Assembly (NCBI RefSeq): GCF_036321535.1
Contig: NC_087437.1
Coordinates: 14,262,001 to 14,326,000, forward strand
DNA from: Camelus dromedarius
Taxonomy: Eukaryota
DNA length: 64,000 bases
Direction of reading: 5' to 3'
Positions 1 through 12,234 of this stretch are shown piece by piece. A model generated the notes under the pieces. That model searched no databases. It had not been told where the DNA came from and worked only from the letters and a program-made list of their open reading frames with translations. Each line of letters opens with the position of its first letter. Position 1 is the stretch's first letter. Both the position numbers and the translations under genes were made by a program.

Positions 1-279
1 CTCTTTGCCTGGATCTAAGGGCAGTACTGATGAAAGGATATCAAAGTTTTGTTTGTTTCAGTATCTAGCTATTTCCTAGGGAAGGATGAGCTCATTTATA
101 CAAAAAGAGGAAGCTGGAGGACTGATTAGGGTATCTGACACCAGCTGTAGCAAAAGAGCTCTTTATCTGGATATAATATAAATAAATACACTAAAATGTC
201 ATAAGCCTGGTTATTTGCTTGATGTGTAAACACCCAAACATGTACACAGTCTGGAATAGCCACAGTGGGAGGAGAGCTG

Positions 280-590
280 CTTAACCCAATGATGCTGTCT
301 ATCACTTTTCAAAAATGCCTGTGAAACCTCTTTCAGAATTGCCTGCGAAGCTGGATTATGAGCTTGCTGTGAAACCAGATTCATCACTCAAACTGAGACT
401 CAGTTTGTGACCCGAGACAGCATTTCACAGCTTGATCACCCAGCCTACTCTGCAGACTTCGCTCTGAATGGCTTCGGACTCTTTCTAAAACTCCCGTACC
501 CCCCTCTGAGGATATTTGCTGTCAGAGTTATCGTTCTCAAACACATCTCGGATTATGTGCTGCAGTGGCTCTTGGTTGCATGGAGAATTA
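280..590 (+). mobile_element. Degenerate mariner-family DNA transposon remnant (MARNA-like)
   Basis: ORF 407-718 begins ...QLDHPAYSADFALNGFGLFLKL, a decayed version of the mariner transposase motif HPPYSPDLAPxDFxLFPKL. The upstream gatgctg...aacctctttcagaattgcct resembles the MARNA left arm as I recall it. Confidence 0.65.
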
Positions 591-706
591 AGCCCCAACT
601 TCTCAGCCACATTTTCAAAACTTTCTGCAGCATGCACCCCCAACTCAGCCTCCCAATTCTGCCATCCCAGAACACACGATGCTTTCTTTACTTCCTGGTG
701 ATATGT

Positions 707-880
707 ACCATTGACTGAGCCATTATTATGTGCCTAACACTGGGCTGAGTGTTACATAGTTACATAATATCTCATTCTATCCTTCTATGATTTTGTAAGA
801 TAAATGTTATCTTTCTAATATAGATAATAATGAAACAGTGATCACTAACACTCTGTACAGTGCTTACAATGTGCTAAGCC
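707..880 (-). mobile_element. MIR SINE fragments
   Basis: cattgactgagccattattatgtgcctaacactg and gtgcttacaatgtgctaagc match the reverse complement of the MIR 3' end. Confidence 0.6.
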
Positions 881-1398
881 ACTGTCCATTAGAAATATGA
901 GCCACATACATAACTTAAAATTTCTAATTGCCACACTGGAAAGTAAAAATGGAGAATTAGTTTTAATAAAGTATTTTATCAGTGAGCTTAAAATCAATAT
1001 AAAAACTTACTAATATATTTCATATTTCTTTTTGGCATTGTCTTTGAAATTCACCATGCATTTTATACCTACAGAACATCTCAATTTGGACGCTAAATTT
1101 TCATCACAAATACTTGATCTATATTTAGATTTCATAAAAAGTGCAGTGGAAGAATCAGATTCACACACCCAAGTTGCTCCAAACATACTTAAAAGGTTTC
1201 TAATACCTGAATCAGTACCAAAACATCATTTCCTTTTCTATTCTCATTCCTATTGATAAAATTACTTCAATTTAAATGTTTAAATTTCAATCAATTAAAA
1301 TTAAATAAAATGTAAAATTTAGTTTCTCAGCCACACTAGCCACATACCAATTGCTCGATGGCCCCATGTGGCCAGTGACTGCCTTGTTGGACAGTCCA
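880..1398. mobile_element. hAT-Charlie non-autonomous element (Charlie5/MER33 family)
   Basis: Starts ctgtccattagaaatatgagccacata and ends actagccacat...ccatgtggccagtgactgccttgttggacag, giving MER33/MER3-type termini with the inverted repeat ctgtcca/tggacag. Confidence 0.75.
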
Positions 1399-1429
1399 AT
1401 GTAAGCACTTCACCACTGTCCACATGAAT

Positions 1430-1630
1430 GGACGGGGTAGGTGCTGTCATTGTGTTTATTTTACAGATAAGGAAACAGAGGCACAGAGATGTAGGAACTT
1501 GCACTAGCACACACAGCTAATGAGCTGAAGCTCACGTGGGTCTAAGCTAATAAAGGTTGGAGCCAGGATTTGAACTCAGAGTTATGTCCAAAGCCCAGGT
1601 TTTTTTTTAATCCACGGGCTACTCTGCTCT
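1430..1630 (-). mobile_element. MIR SINE (core and 5' part)
   Basis: attttacagataaggaaacagaggcacagag...ggagccaggatttgaactcag is the MIR core on the minus strand. Confidence 0.8.
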
Positions 1631-1744
1631 ACACATTTAATTTCTCACTATTCTCCTAAAATTCTTACCCTATTATTTCTGGTCCTTTGTATTGGACTGC
1701 TCCCTCTGTCTGGAATGCCTTGCAAAGTCCATTTTGAGTGTTAA

Positions 1745-1867
1745 TTTATTCATTCAGTCATTCAGTCAATCAAATTTTCAGCAAACGTTTGTAGTCATTT
1801 TTCAGATATCTCCCATATAGGATAGAGTGGATGTAGCCCCTGCCCTCACAGAACTTATAGTCTTTAA
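1745..1867 (-). mobile_element. L2 LINE 3' end, interrupted by Charlie1a
   Basis: attcattcagtcattcag tail followed by cccctgccctcacagaacttatagtct, typical of the L2 3' region on the minus strand. Confidence 0.7.
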
Positions 1868-3266
1868 CAGCACTTCTCCAACTTTGGTCTCAGGACCCTG
1901 TAACACCCTAAAAATTGAGGACTACAAAGGACTTTTGATTATGTGGGTTATAGCTGTTGTTATTTATTATATTAGAGATCAAAGCTAAGAAACTTTAAAA
2001 GTACTAACTCAAATAAAAATAAATGTTACAATTATTTATGTAAACATAATATATAACTATCAAAATATAACTACATTTTCCAAAATAAAAAAAATTAATG
2101 AGTGTCATTTTTTAATAACTTTGCCAATTTCTTTAATTTGTAACTTTATATAAGACAGCTGGATTCTTATCTCTGCTTCTGTCCTTAATTTGCTTCAATA
2201 CATTGCTTCGTTTGAAGTATACAGGGAAAATCTGGCCTCACCCAGATGTGCAATTGGAAAAGAGAGGTGTATCTTAAAAATCTTTTCATAATTGTGGAAA
2301 TTCTTTGCTACTATACCGAAAATCAGTAAGTGGTAATTTCTTAAAGACTAGCTACAATGTGGTATCTAAAACTGTGTTGATGGTAAATATATGAAGTAAA
2401 ATTTTCATATATTAAAACTCACTAGTTTATCTTATACTTTCAATCAGTCTTACATATGATTTCATAACAACATGCATTGTTCATTTGGAAAACATTGATT
2501 CATCGAGTTATACTGTTCTTTCAATTGTTGATACATTTCATTATATGATGTATTAAAAAGTCACATTTATTAATATCAGCACTGATCACAACAGGAAAGT
2601 CTTTAAGTGTCAGGAAGCTGTCAACCTTGTGGTGACAAATATAATTTTTCCAAAATTCTAAGTTTTACTTGAGTGCTTGAATTTTACTGTTGGCAACGCA
2701 TACTGTGAGTTGTTTTTCTTGAAGTGACAGACTTACTTTGTTCATTTTTGAGAGAATGTCTGCCAGATTCTCAGGTCCAAATAACCATAGTTTAACTGCC
2801 TGTTGGTTCTTTCAAGTGAAAATGGTACTGCCTGAAAAATGCATCCAGCTCAGTTCACAATCCAGCCAACCACACAGGTGCCTTTCCCGGAGACGACCAT
2901 CGTACTTCAATGGGCAGCAGCGCTTTGTAAATTTCCCATGCAGAATAGAAGACATATGCTCAAGGGTCATGGTTTAATAAAATTAATCTTTTTTACTGCT
3001 TAATCAAGGACATTCTCAAATAAAAGTAGCATTTTTTCTCTGTGAGTGGGTGAGTGAACACTGTAAGTAGTTGCCACTGCCTTGATTCATCCTAAGGCAC
3101 CAGGAGTTTTCCCACCATTGCTTTTGTGCCCCCAGTGAAGATGTCAACACAGTGAAAAAGGTGAATAACATCTTAGTTTGACCATGAAGATAGTTTTGAC
3201 CTTGTGAACCTCATGAAATAGCCTCGGGGTCCCAGGGGTCTGAGGACCACACTTTGAAGACCGATG
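1868..3266. mobile_element. Charlie1a-like hAT DNA transposon, near full length
   Basis: Termini cagcacttctccaactttggtctcaggaccc and gaggaccacactttgaagaccgatg. Flanked by a degenerate 8-bp TSD, gtctttaa (1860-1867) and gtctacaa (3267-3274). Length about 1.4 kb. Confidence 0.85.
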
Positions 3267-3274
3267 GTCTACAA

Positions 3275-3575
3275 GGAAAGATAATTACACAAGCACATGT
3301 GGAAGCTGACCCACTCCGAGGGGGCAAGAAGGGCCTCATGGGTATTTACAGTGAGACCAGAAATACATGTGTCAGTGACCCAGTGAATGAAGGGCAGGGC
3401 AGGGAAAGGGTGTCAGGGAGAGGCAGTAGTGAGTGTGAAAGCTGGAAAAGAGAGGCAGCCTGGAGGAACAAAAGTGTGTTTGGCTGGAACTTGAATGATC
3501 ACAGGAAGAGCAGAAAGTGATGAGGCCAGAGAGGTAGGCAGGGCCAGCCTGTAAACAGCCCTGCAAATATGCTGA
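3275..3575 (-). mobile_element. L2 LINE, continuation
   Basis: Purine-rich L2 body, gatgaggccagagaggtaggcagggccag. It resumes briefly at about 4180-4230 (aaggagtctgggctttatcct). Confidence 0.65.
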
Positions 3576-3579
3576 GGGC

Positions 3580-4172
3580 ATCGTACCACCTCTGTTTACT
3601 CCTGAAAATGTTTAGCCTGAATCTAATCATGAGGAGGCAACCAGAAAAATCCAATTTAAGATACATTCTGCCAAACAACCTGCCTGAACTCTTAAAAAAA
3701 ATGTCAAGATATTGAAAGACAGAAAAAGGCTAAGGAGTTGCTCTAAATTAAAGGAGATTAAAGAGACAGGACAGCTAAAAGCATTACATAATCCTTGACT
3801 GGATCCTAATGAAAAAGATCACCACCAACAATAAGTATAAAGGACATCATTTGGATAATTAGGAAAATTTGAAGACAGACTGTATGTTAGAGAATAACAT
3901 TGTATCAAGGCTAAATTTTCTGCATGTGATCATTGTATTATGGCTACATAGGAAAATGCCTTTAATGATATTTAGGGGTGAAATATTAGGATGTCTAATT
4001 CAATTCTCAAATGACTCATCAAAAACTATACATATAAAGAAAAAGAAAGAGAGATAAGATCAATGCAGCAGAATGTTAACAATGGATGAATTTAGGTGCA
4101 GGGTGTATGGGCATTTATTTTACTATTCTTATGAATTTTCAGTAGGTTTGGAAATTTTTCAAAATAAAATGT
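3580..4172 (+). mobile_element. Old L1 3' UTR (L1MC-like)
   Basis: cctgaatctaatcatgagg...taaattaaaggagattaaagagaca...ttttcaaaataaaatgtt is typical of L1MC4/5 3' ends. Confidence 0.75.
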
Positions 4173-4239
4173 TATAACCTAAGGAGTCTGGGCTTTATCC
4201 TAAAATCAGTGGAATCCATGGAAAGATGTTAACATAATT

Positions 4240-4680
4240 AAGACTCAGGTTACAAAGGATGAAAACCCAATAAAGGATCAAAACCAATTTGAACAGGAAA
4301 CTTGCTGACTCATGTGATCAAATTTGATGGCAATGCTGGTGTCTGGATTTCAGAATCTGGGTCTCCTCAGGCCCTACCACTCCACTTCCAAACCTCTCTC
4401 CCTCCTGTTTCTCTGTAACATTGACCTCATTCTTTCTTTGCGACTCCAGACACGATTTCTCAGTCAGGAACCATGGCCTCCGGCAAGTGTGAGTCTATTG
4501 CCTTGCTACCCGGGAATCCTCTGCTCCCACCTGTTTGAGATGGACTGGTCCCCGGGAAGGCGTTCTGATTGGTCCTCTGGGGGCCATAGGTTCACCCCTT
4601 CCACCAATCACAGCCATAGATGGGAATGATGATAATTGGCCCCCCCTGGTCCTGCTCCTACCCCTGGGAATCAGTTACTC
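4240..4680 (-). mobile_element. MaLR LTR (MLT1J/K-like)
   Basis: gttacaaaggatgaaaacccaa...gctgactcatgtga...ctgattggtc...ccaatcac pattern of old MLT1 LTRs. Confidence 0.5.
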
Positions 4681-4684
4681 CTGC

Positions 4685-5115
4685 TAGAAGCAGGTGCCAA
4701 GATTAGACTTCCAAGAGATTTATTGAGGGAAGTGCCAGTAAAAAACAAACTTTTACTGGAGACTTGAGACTGTAATGCAGGCCTGATACCTATGAAAGAA
4801 GAAAGGGAAGGAAAGACTGAGTAGGAAGAGCCTTGAGCCACAGCCCAATTCTAAGTAATTCTTCATCAAGCTAATACAAGGTTCCCAAGAAAAGATTGCC
4901 CATCGGAAAAGTACTCCATCAGGAGGAAATGCCCCAGCTCTAGACCCCCATCATACTCAGTCATTGGCTGGGAGCAGCCTGGGGGAAGCATGGCCTTGGT
5001 ATGAACACCAGAGTGGGTCTCATGGTGGAACAGTTGGAGCTTTCAGTCAGCCATGCCCCCACCTCCTCATGAGGCTCTTTAGAAGGTCTGAACTCTACAC
5101 CTTATGGTTGCCACA
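4685..5115 (-). mobile_element. ERVL-class LTR (LTR33/LTR16-like)
   Basis: agcaggtgccaagattagacttccaagagatttattgagg and actcagtcattggctgggagcagcc. Confidence 0.6.
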
Positions 5116-5616
5116 CCCTGTTGGTCAGAAAGGGAATGCGGGGGACAGAGGAAGAGGTGTGGGGCAGAAAAAGGACAAAAGCAATAGCTGTTACACTAGA
5201 TTTCTCCACACAGAAAAGAATCCTACCTTTCTTTGTCTTTAAGTCCTTAGTTTTTTGAATCTCTATGTCCTTACACAGTAATTGATGTTTAATAATTAAA
5301 TTTAGATTCTGAAGATAATTACAAAAGAAGAAATATAAGACAGATTCTATGAAATAACAGTGTGATCTGACTCAGCCTAGCTGGGGTGATTCCTTTGAAG
5401 GTAAAAACATGAAGGAAAAATGAAAATTATCTTAGTTGCACAATGGAGCAAGAACCAGTACTAACAGCTTACTGTGTTTCTTGCCAGTGCTTTTTTCCTA
5501 TGAATATATAATATTCATTTAGAAATTGGGATCACACTCTATACACAAAATTGTAGCCTGCTTTTTCTCTCACATATTCTTCCAGGCCACCAAATATCCT
5601 TTGAAATCATAATTGT

Positions 5617-6168
5617 TCTTTAAATTTTTTTTTTATTTTTATGCTTTTTATTTATTCATTTACTTTTCTTTATTGAAGTATAGTCAGTTCCAATGTGTCA
5701 ACTTCTGGTGTACAGTGTAATGTTTCAGTCATGCAGAAACATACTTTTTTTTCATTTTCTTTTTCATTACAGGTTATTACAAAATACTGAATATAGTTCC
5801 CTGTGCTATACAGAAGAAATTTGTTTTTTATCTATTTTATAAATAGCAGTTAGTATTTGCACATCTCAGATTCCCAATTTATCCCTTCCCACCCCCATAT
5901 CCCTCCAGGAACTGTAAGATTATTTACTATGTCTGCAAGTCTGTTTCTGTTTTGTAAATGAGTTCATTTGTGTCTCTTTTTTCAGATTCCACATATAAGT
6001 GATATCATATAGTATTTTTCTTTTTCTTTCTGGCTTACTTCACTTAGAATGACAATCTCCAGATTCATCCTTGTTGCTACAAATGGACTTATTTCATTCT
6101 TTTTTATGACTGAGTAGTATTCCGTTATATAAACCACAGCTTCTTTATCTACTCACTTATCAATGGAC
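5617..6168 (-). mobile_element. Young 5'-truncated L1 (3' UTR and ORF2 end)
   Basis: T-rich tail then tttattgaagtatagtcag...tctggtgtacag. Perfect 12-bp TSD aatcataattgt at 5605-5616 and 6169-6180. Confidence 0.92.
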
Positions 6169-8349
6169 AATCATAATTGTAATTAGGGCACATCACAGCT
6201 ATTGGATAAAAATATTTGAAAGATTTCCTTGCATAAATTTTTCACTCTTAATGCTCTCCTCTAGTCTGCATACATATATAAATCCAGTATAATTTTTGAC
6301 ATAACTTCCAAGATTTCTAGTATATGATAGGAAATAATTACATATATTTGAATATACCCCAAATAGCTTCAGCTTCACATATGCACCCACTGGCCCACTT
6401 GCCAGAAAGTTGTTCACCATCAAATTATTTTGTGTTTCCCATGGTGTCCCCTCTGTGCTGTGGGTTTTGGTGCTGGCAGAGTTGCTGGGCTGCCACAGGC
6501 AGAGCAGAAGTCTCCAGCTCAGGCCTCACCACCTCCACTGTAACTGCTTTAAGATTCCCCAAGGGTCTGGGTCAAGCCCAGAGAGGAAGGATTCCCTCAC
6601 TTTCCCATTCCAAGGAGAGTCAAATTTTCTCCTTCCAGCCTTCCTTTAACCTAGGATTGTTACCAGGAGAAACAACCAATCTCTTCAGGGAAAGTCGTTA
6701 CCCCTCTCACTAGGGAGAGATTTGGTTATCTTGGCCCCAAGAAAGCAAGTGCAAATTAATTCAGTCTTGGCCTATCTCCCATAGTCTGATTCATTCTTTC
6801 TCATGCAGGATTTTTGGAGCGACAGATGCCCCATAAATGTAAATAGGTCAAGTTGATCTCACCTAAAATTGAAAACCGAAAATGTGTTGGGACCAAGAGC
6901 CACAGCTTGTGTCCCAGTCAGTTTGAGGCTGCTCATTTGGGAATAGTGAACAACAGAGGGAGACAAAAATTATAAAAATCAGGTTGCCAGACAGTGTCCA
7001 AACAACCTCCTTGCCTGTCTCCACTCCTTTAAATTCATCATAATGAGGAATGGCCTCTGACTTAAAAGCGAAGATCTAGTTACAATAGCTCGCTGTACTA
7101 CTATTTTTCAAACAGATATGTTCACCAAATGATTAAGAGGATTAGGGTTCAGCTTCGTGGCTATTTATTTTAGGCCTAAAATGATACAGACAAGTGCTCA
7201 GAAGCATGAAAATCCAGAAGGTGTGTTGTGTACTCAGTTCCACATTTTGCAAATTACAGGTGTTCTGTATTTTGTGAGTTTAGCAGTTAAATGTGTCTCA
7301 GTCTAAAACAGTGTCTTGTTGATGGCACCAATGGAGATAAACAAATACACAGCTACTTCATTAAGCATAAAGATTATTTACAACATCGTAGGTATAAATA
7401 AAGTTATTGTCAGAAATGTGTACCCCTGTGGTTGTACCTTTCTGTAAAAGTCATCCAGCAGCTCATACCTTCTAACATTACCCTGCACTTGCCATGTGTG
7501 CTTGAGAATGAAAAAAAGAAACTTTAATTATGGGAGTGAATTCTGTTGGAAATGGAGAGAACACTATGCTTGCCTTCGGCTACCTGTGGTGTCCTTTATT
7601 TCTTCCCCCAGGACTCCCCTCTCCTCTGAACTCTCTCACTCCCAATGTTTACAAGGCCCTGGGATCCATTATTTCCTTCATGCAGACTAGAATTATGTGC
7701 TCTGTGAGTATCTGTGCAGCAGGGGAGGAAGGAAAGCTGGGCAAAAATACGAAGAATGTTAAAGACAGTGTGGTGGAAGGAAAATGAAATTGTCCCGCAG
7801 AAATTAACATGGTGACACAAAGGAGAAGCCAGTTCAATCGTGTTTAAAAATCATACCGCCTAATTTAATGTAAAAGAGATTAGATCATTGAGAACATGGA
7901 CCCATGTTTATAAAGTATACCCTCAAATGAAAATGAATAAATAGCTTAGCTTTTCCTGGGTCAAACGTAATTTCTGATTAGAGCCCTGCTGAGCTCTGCA
8001 ATGAGTTACAATCAGGAGAGAAGCCCAGTGTGTTCTGAATTTGGCTGCATTTAAAATCTGACTTTAAGATTCATTTATACTTAGAGATGGTGTTGTTGTT
8101 GTTTCTCTTTTCTGATTTGAAATGGCACAGCCACCGTGGACTGAAACTAATGGCATAAGTGACAGTGAATTTATAACAATGAAGTTTCCCTGCAAAGGTG
8201 CAGGGAGCTTCTCCCAATCTTCGAGCAGATTATAAATCATGTCGGAGTATTAGAGTGAGTAATGTCTCTTCTCAGTGTCTAAGCTGGATGCCAAAATCTT
8301 GAGATGAAAGTTTTCTTAAAGAACTAAGCTTCTGAAATACTTATCCGAG

Positions 8350-8780
8350 GTGTCTCTTAGGTTAGAAGTCCAGTCACCCATCCCTGCCTCTGGGAAATGC
8401 CCTCCCCCATAGTTTACATAATCGCACAGCTGTGGTTATTAAACTGGTGCACCTGGGGCACCTGATCAGACAGGAAGAGCAAAGCCTGCGAGCAACCGAG
8501 ATTAAGGATGGAGAAACTAGTCATGTGTCAACTTAGAGACCATTAAGAGTAGCTGTTGAACCATGTGGACCACAAGCTGGGAAAGAGTATGGGAGGGAAC
8601 TGGGGCTTCACCAGAGCATTCTAGGTAGTCTCAGGTTCCAGTGTGTTCCTAAAATCCAGCTACAGATTTGCCTTTTGGTTCCATGATGACCACTGTCATC
8701 TTTATAATAAACTCATTTTTCAGCTAAAATTAAATCCAAGGGGTTTCTGTTACTTTCAATCAAGAAAGGCCCTAGACAAT
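8350..8780 (+). mobile_element. MaLR LTR (old MLT1)
   Basis: Ends aataaactcattttt...gggtttctgttactttcaatcaagaaaggccctagacaata, the MLT1 poly(A) signal and 3' terminus. Confidence 0.6.
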
Positions 8781-9649
8781 ACTTTTGGAAATGGATTTTT
8801 AATTGTTTACTTAAAGCTATAACCATTCTTGTTTCAAACGTTAACTTCAGAAAAAGCCTGATGTGAGCATTACTGTAAATTTTGATGTTTTAAAATGATG
8901 GTAGATAAAAATATTTTCTTATTTATATTCATTATGTTCTTCTATGAAACAATAGAATGGTCAAAAATAGAGAAAATTTATGTCTTTCCTTAGAAATTAA
9001 CTGATGATGCAGGACACATTTTTAGGGAAAATTTCTTATTCATGAGCCTTTCCTAATGTCCTCAAGTAGACTTGGCCATTCCCTACTTCTGTAACAGAGC
9101 ACATTGCTACGGCTCTATCATAAGTGTATCGTGGTGCACAGCAATTAGTTATCATTCTCTGGAATCTACTGCAATTCTACTCTGAGCCAGACATTGGGAA
9201 TATGGAGTTGAAGAGGCTACAAACCCAGTCTTCAAGGGAAGACAAGCATATCACGTCACATGGGACCCTTTCTATTGCCTCAATGTGCCTACATGGTCTA
9301 GAGAAGGCCAGGGAGATCGCCACAGGGATTGCTGAGAGACAGCAAAGTCTACCCTGTGACTCCAAGCCCCTCATCTAAGTTCAACCTATAAAAGAGAAGC
9401 CTAGATCTTTTTAAAAAAGAATTTCTTTGAAGTTAATTTATAGGAGCAGAGAGTTTTAGGATGATTCCCCTCCATTTCCCATTAGAGCAAAAAGGGAGAT
9501 ACCTACTCGTTCCCTTTCAGACAAGTTGGAGCTGCAAAGACTAGAAGTGCAAGAACTATGTCCCCTGGACTTGAACGTGCATAGTGACTGTTGTACATCT
9601 CACTTGGAGGCTGGTGAAGGAACAGTAATGATTGTATAAAAGAGAGATG

Positions 9650-10232
9650 ATATTCAATAGCTGAGACATGGAAGCAACCTAAATGTCCATTGACAGAAGA
9701 CTGGATAAAAAAGTTGAGGTATATTTATACAATGGAATACTACTTAGCAATAAAAAGAATAAAATAATGCCATTTGCAGCAACATGGATGGATCTGGAGA
9801 TCGTCATTCTAAGTGAAGTAAGCCAGAAAGAGATAGAAAAATACCATATGAGATCACTCGTATGTGGAATCTAAAAAAAAAGAAAAAGAAAAAAGAGGAC
9901 ACTAATGAACTCATCTACAAAACAGAAACAGACTCACAGTCATAGTAAACAACCTTATGGTTACTGGGGGAAAGGGGATAGGAAGGGATAAAATTGGGAG
10001 TTTTAGATTTGAAAATGTTAACCACTATATATAAAAATAGATAAAAACAAATTTCTTCTGTATAGCCCAGGGAACTATATTCAGTATCCTATAATAACTT
10101 CAATGAAAAATATGAAAACAAATATGTGTATATATATGCATGATTGGGACATTATGCTGTACACCAGAAATTGACACATTGGAATTGACTATACTTCAAT
10201 TAAAAGAAAAGTCAAAAAAATTGAACTAAAAT
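9650..10232 (+). mobile_element. Young 5'-truncated L1
   Basis: ORF 9683-9874 encodes the L1 ORF2 C-terminus (IMPFAATWMDLEIVILSEVSQ), followed by a 3' UTR and an A-rich tail. TSD aaaagagagatg at 9638-9649, with the 3' copy GA-expanded at 10233-10255. Confidence 0.92.
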
Positions 10233-10479
10233 AAAAAGAGAGAGAGAGAGAGATGGTTGTGATGGGAATTACACTTCCAGAGTTTTTTGGGGCAAGGGTA
10301 CAGAAGTGCACCAGTCGGAAGGGATGGGAGGAACGCAGGTGAGGAATTGATCTTCAGAAGGACCAGTTCCATCACTCTGCAGGGAAGAATGAATGACCAC
10401 AGGGACCCATGAAATGACCCATTAACAAAACTTATCCTTTTGTGAAAAACTAAATAAATACTATAGGTAAACTAAGTGA

Positions 10480-11180
10480 AAAGACAAAAGAAATTTCACA
10501 AATATTCAATAAATTATCAACACATGCTCAATTTACTAACAACAAAATAAATGATGATAGAAAATAAAACAATCATGAGATACCATTCCCCTTTATCACA
10601 CTGACAAAGATTAAAAAAATGAGAATGTCAGTGTTCCTGAGGATTTGGGGAAAACGTCTTGGTAGGACTATAAAGGGCACAACCATTTGGAGAGCAATTT
10701 GGGAAAATGTGTGGGAATTAAAAATGTGTGTCTGTTTTGACCTAAGGATACCACTTCTAAAAATGTATTCTGATGAATTAATTGAATAAAAGCATACAGA
10801 CATACATGAGAAGATGTTCACTGAAGCATTGTTTTTATTAGTGAAAAATAGAAAACAAATGAAAGGTCTAGTGTTGGATATTGATAAGCCATTATTATAT
10901 ACTTGAACAGTGGAATGTTAGGCAGTCATTAAAAGTAATGATAGAGAACTATCATTACTGGCATGGAGAGATGATCATGGTATATTAAGTGGATAAGCTA
11001 GTTAAAATATAATAGCTTATTTTCCCAGAGTTGTAAAAACATATATGCCTAGAAAAACACAGTAATTATTTCTCAGGGAAAATGTTTCTAATGACTTACT
11101 TTCTTCTCTAAATTTTTTGGTACTGACTGCTTTTTTTTTTTAGAGTTAATAGATATCACTGTGTATGAAACAATAAAGCT
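10480..11180 (+). mobile_element. Ancient L1 (L1ME-like) ORF2 end and 3' UTR
   Basis: accatttggagagcaatttgg...ccacttctaaaaatgtattct...gatgttcactgaagcattgtt; degenerate L1 3' region. Confidence 0.75.
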
Positions 11181-12234
11181 AATGCCATTTTTGTTCTGCA
11201 TAAATTAAAGTAAAACAATGTCAACTGGAAATTTTTCAGCCACATCACTGTCTTGGGGCGAATGATGAAATGATGGGTTAATGTGCATCTTTTAGGTCTC
11301 TCTTATGTGTTATATGCTGACAAACGTGTTTCCTGATTTCTTACACGTAAGTTGGGGATCTGGCTGGATGAATAATGAGGGTTTTCATCATTTTAGCTGC
11401 TGGTGAGGCCTCAGTTTTAAGGAAGGCAAAGCCAAACTAAACCAGAGAAATTGTCAAACCCATCTGAGACCCATTTAAAACTTCCCAGTGGTGCATGGAG
11501 AGCTCCATCGTGGTTGACCTGCTGATGCTGTGACTTGCCTTCCCGCCGAAGGTAGACGTGCCAGCTATGTTTCTAAGGTGGACTTTCCTCAGCGGCACGG
11601 GGGATTCATCTGAGTTGGGACTGTGTCCCTGGCTCGCGTGTGGATTATGGCCCTCGCCCTCTCTTTTTATAAATCCAGTTTGCTGCCCACCAAGTCTACA
11701 CCAGTAGAGTCACAGTTTCCAATCACAGGCATTTCTCTCCTCTGGAGGCATACTTGAGATGAAAAGTAGTTCTTCTCAGGAGTCTGTGTCAAATAGGGTA
11801 TTTAAAAAACAAAACAAAACAAAAAAACACTTTAGTCTTGTGCAGCCCACTTGTCAGAATAAAAAGCAAAGTCATTAGCTGCAATTTGTGTGCACACAGT
11901 TTTGATAAATGTTCACGGAAGGCGCAGGTTGACAGAGTGGTAGAGACAGCAGTTGAGGAAGCTGATTTTGAGCTGAGTTTTGAAGGCTCTGATGGGCATT
12001 TACTGATGGGTGAACCATGCAGTCTAAGAGCTGGAAGAGATCTCAGTCCCCATGTTACCATTAGGGAAAAGATGACCTTTGTGACTTACAAAATACAATC
12101 GGGATGATATAATCGTGATACATCAGTATTTGATACATCAAATTACAAAAACATGCTGTCGGGGTTGTGATGTTGTAAAACCAACCACTGATATGCTTTA
12201 CTACTGTGGTAACTTGGTTGAATATAATGTTGGG

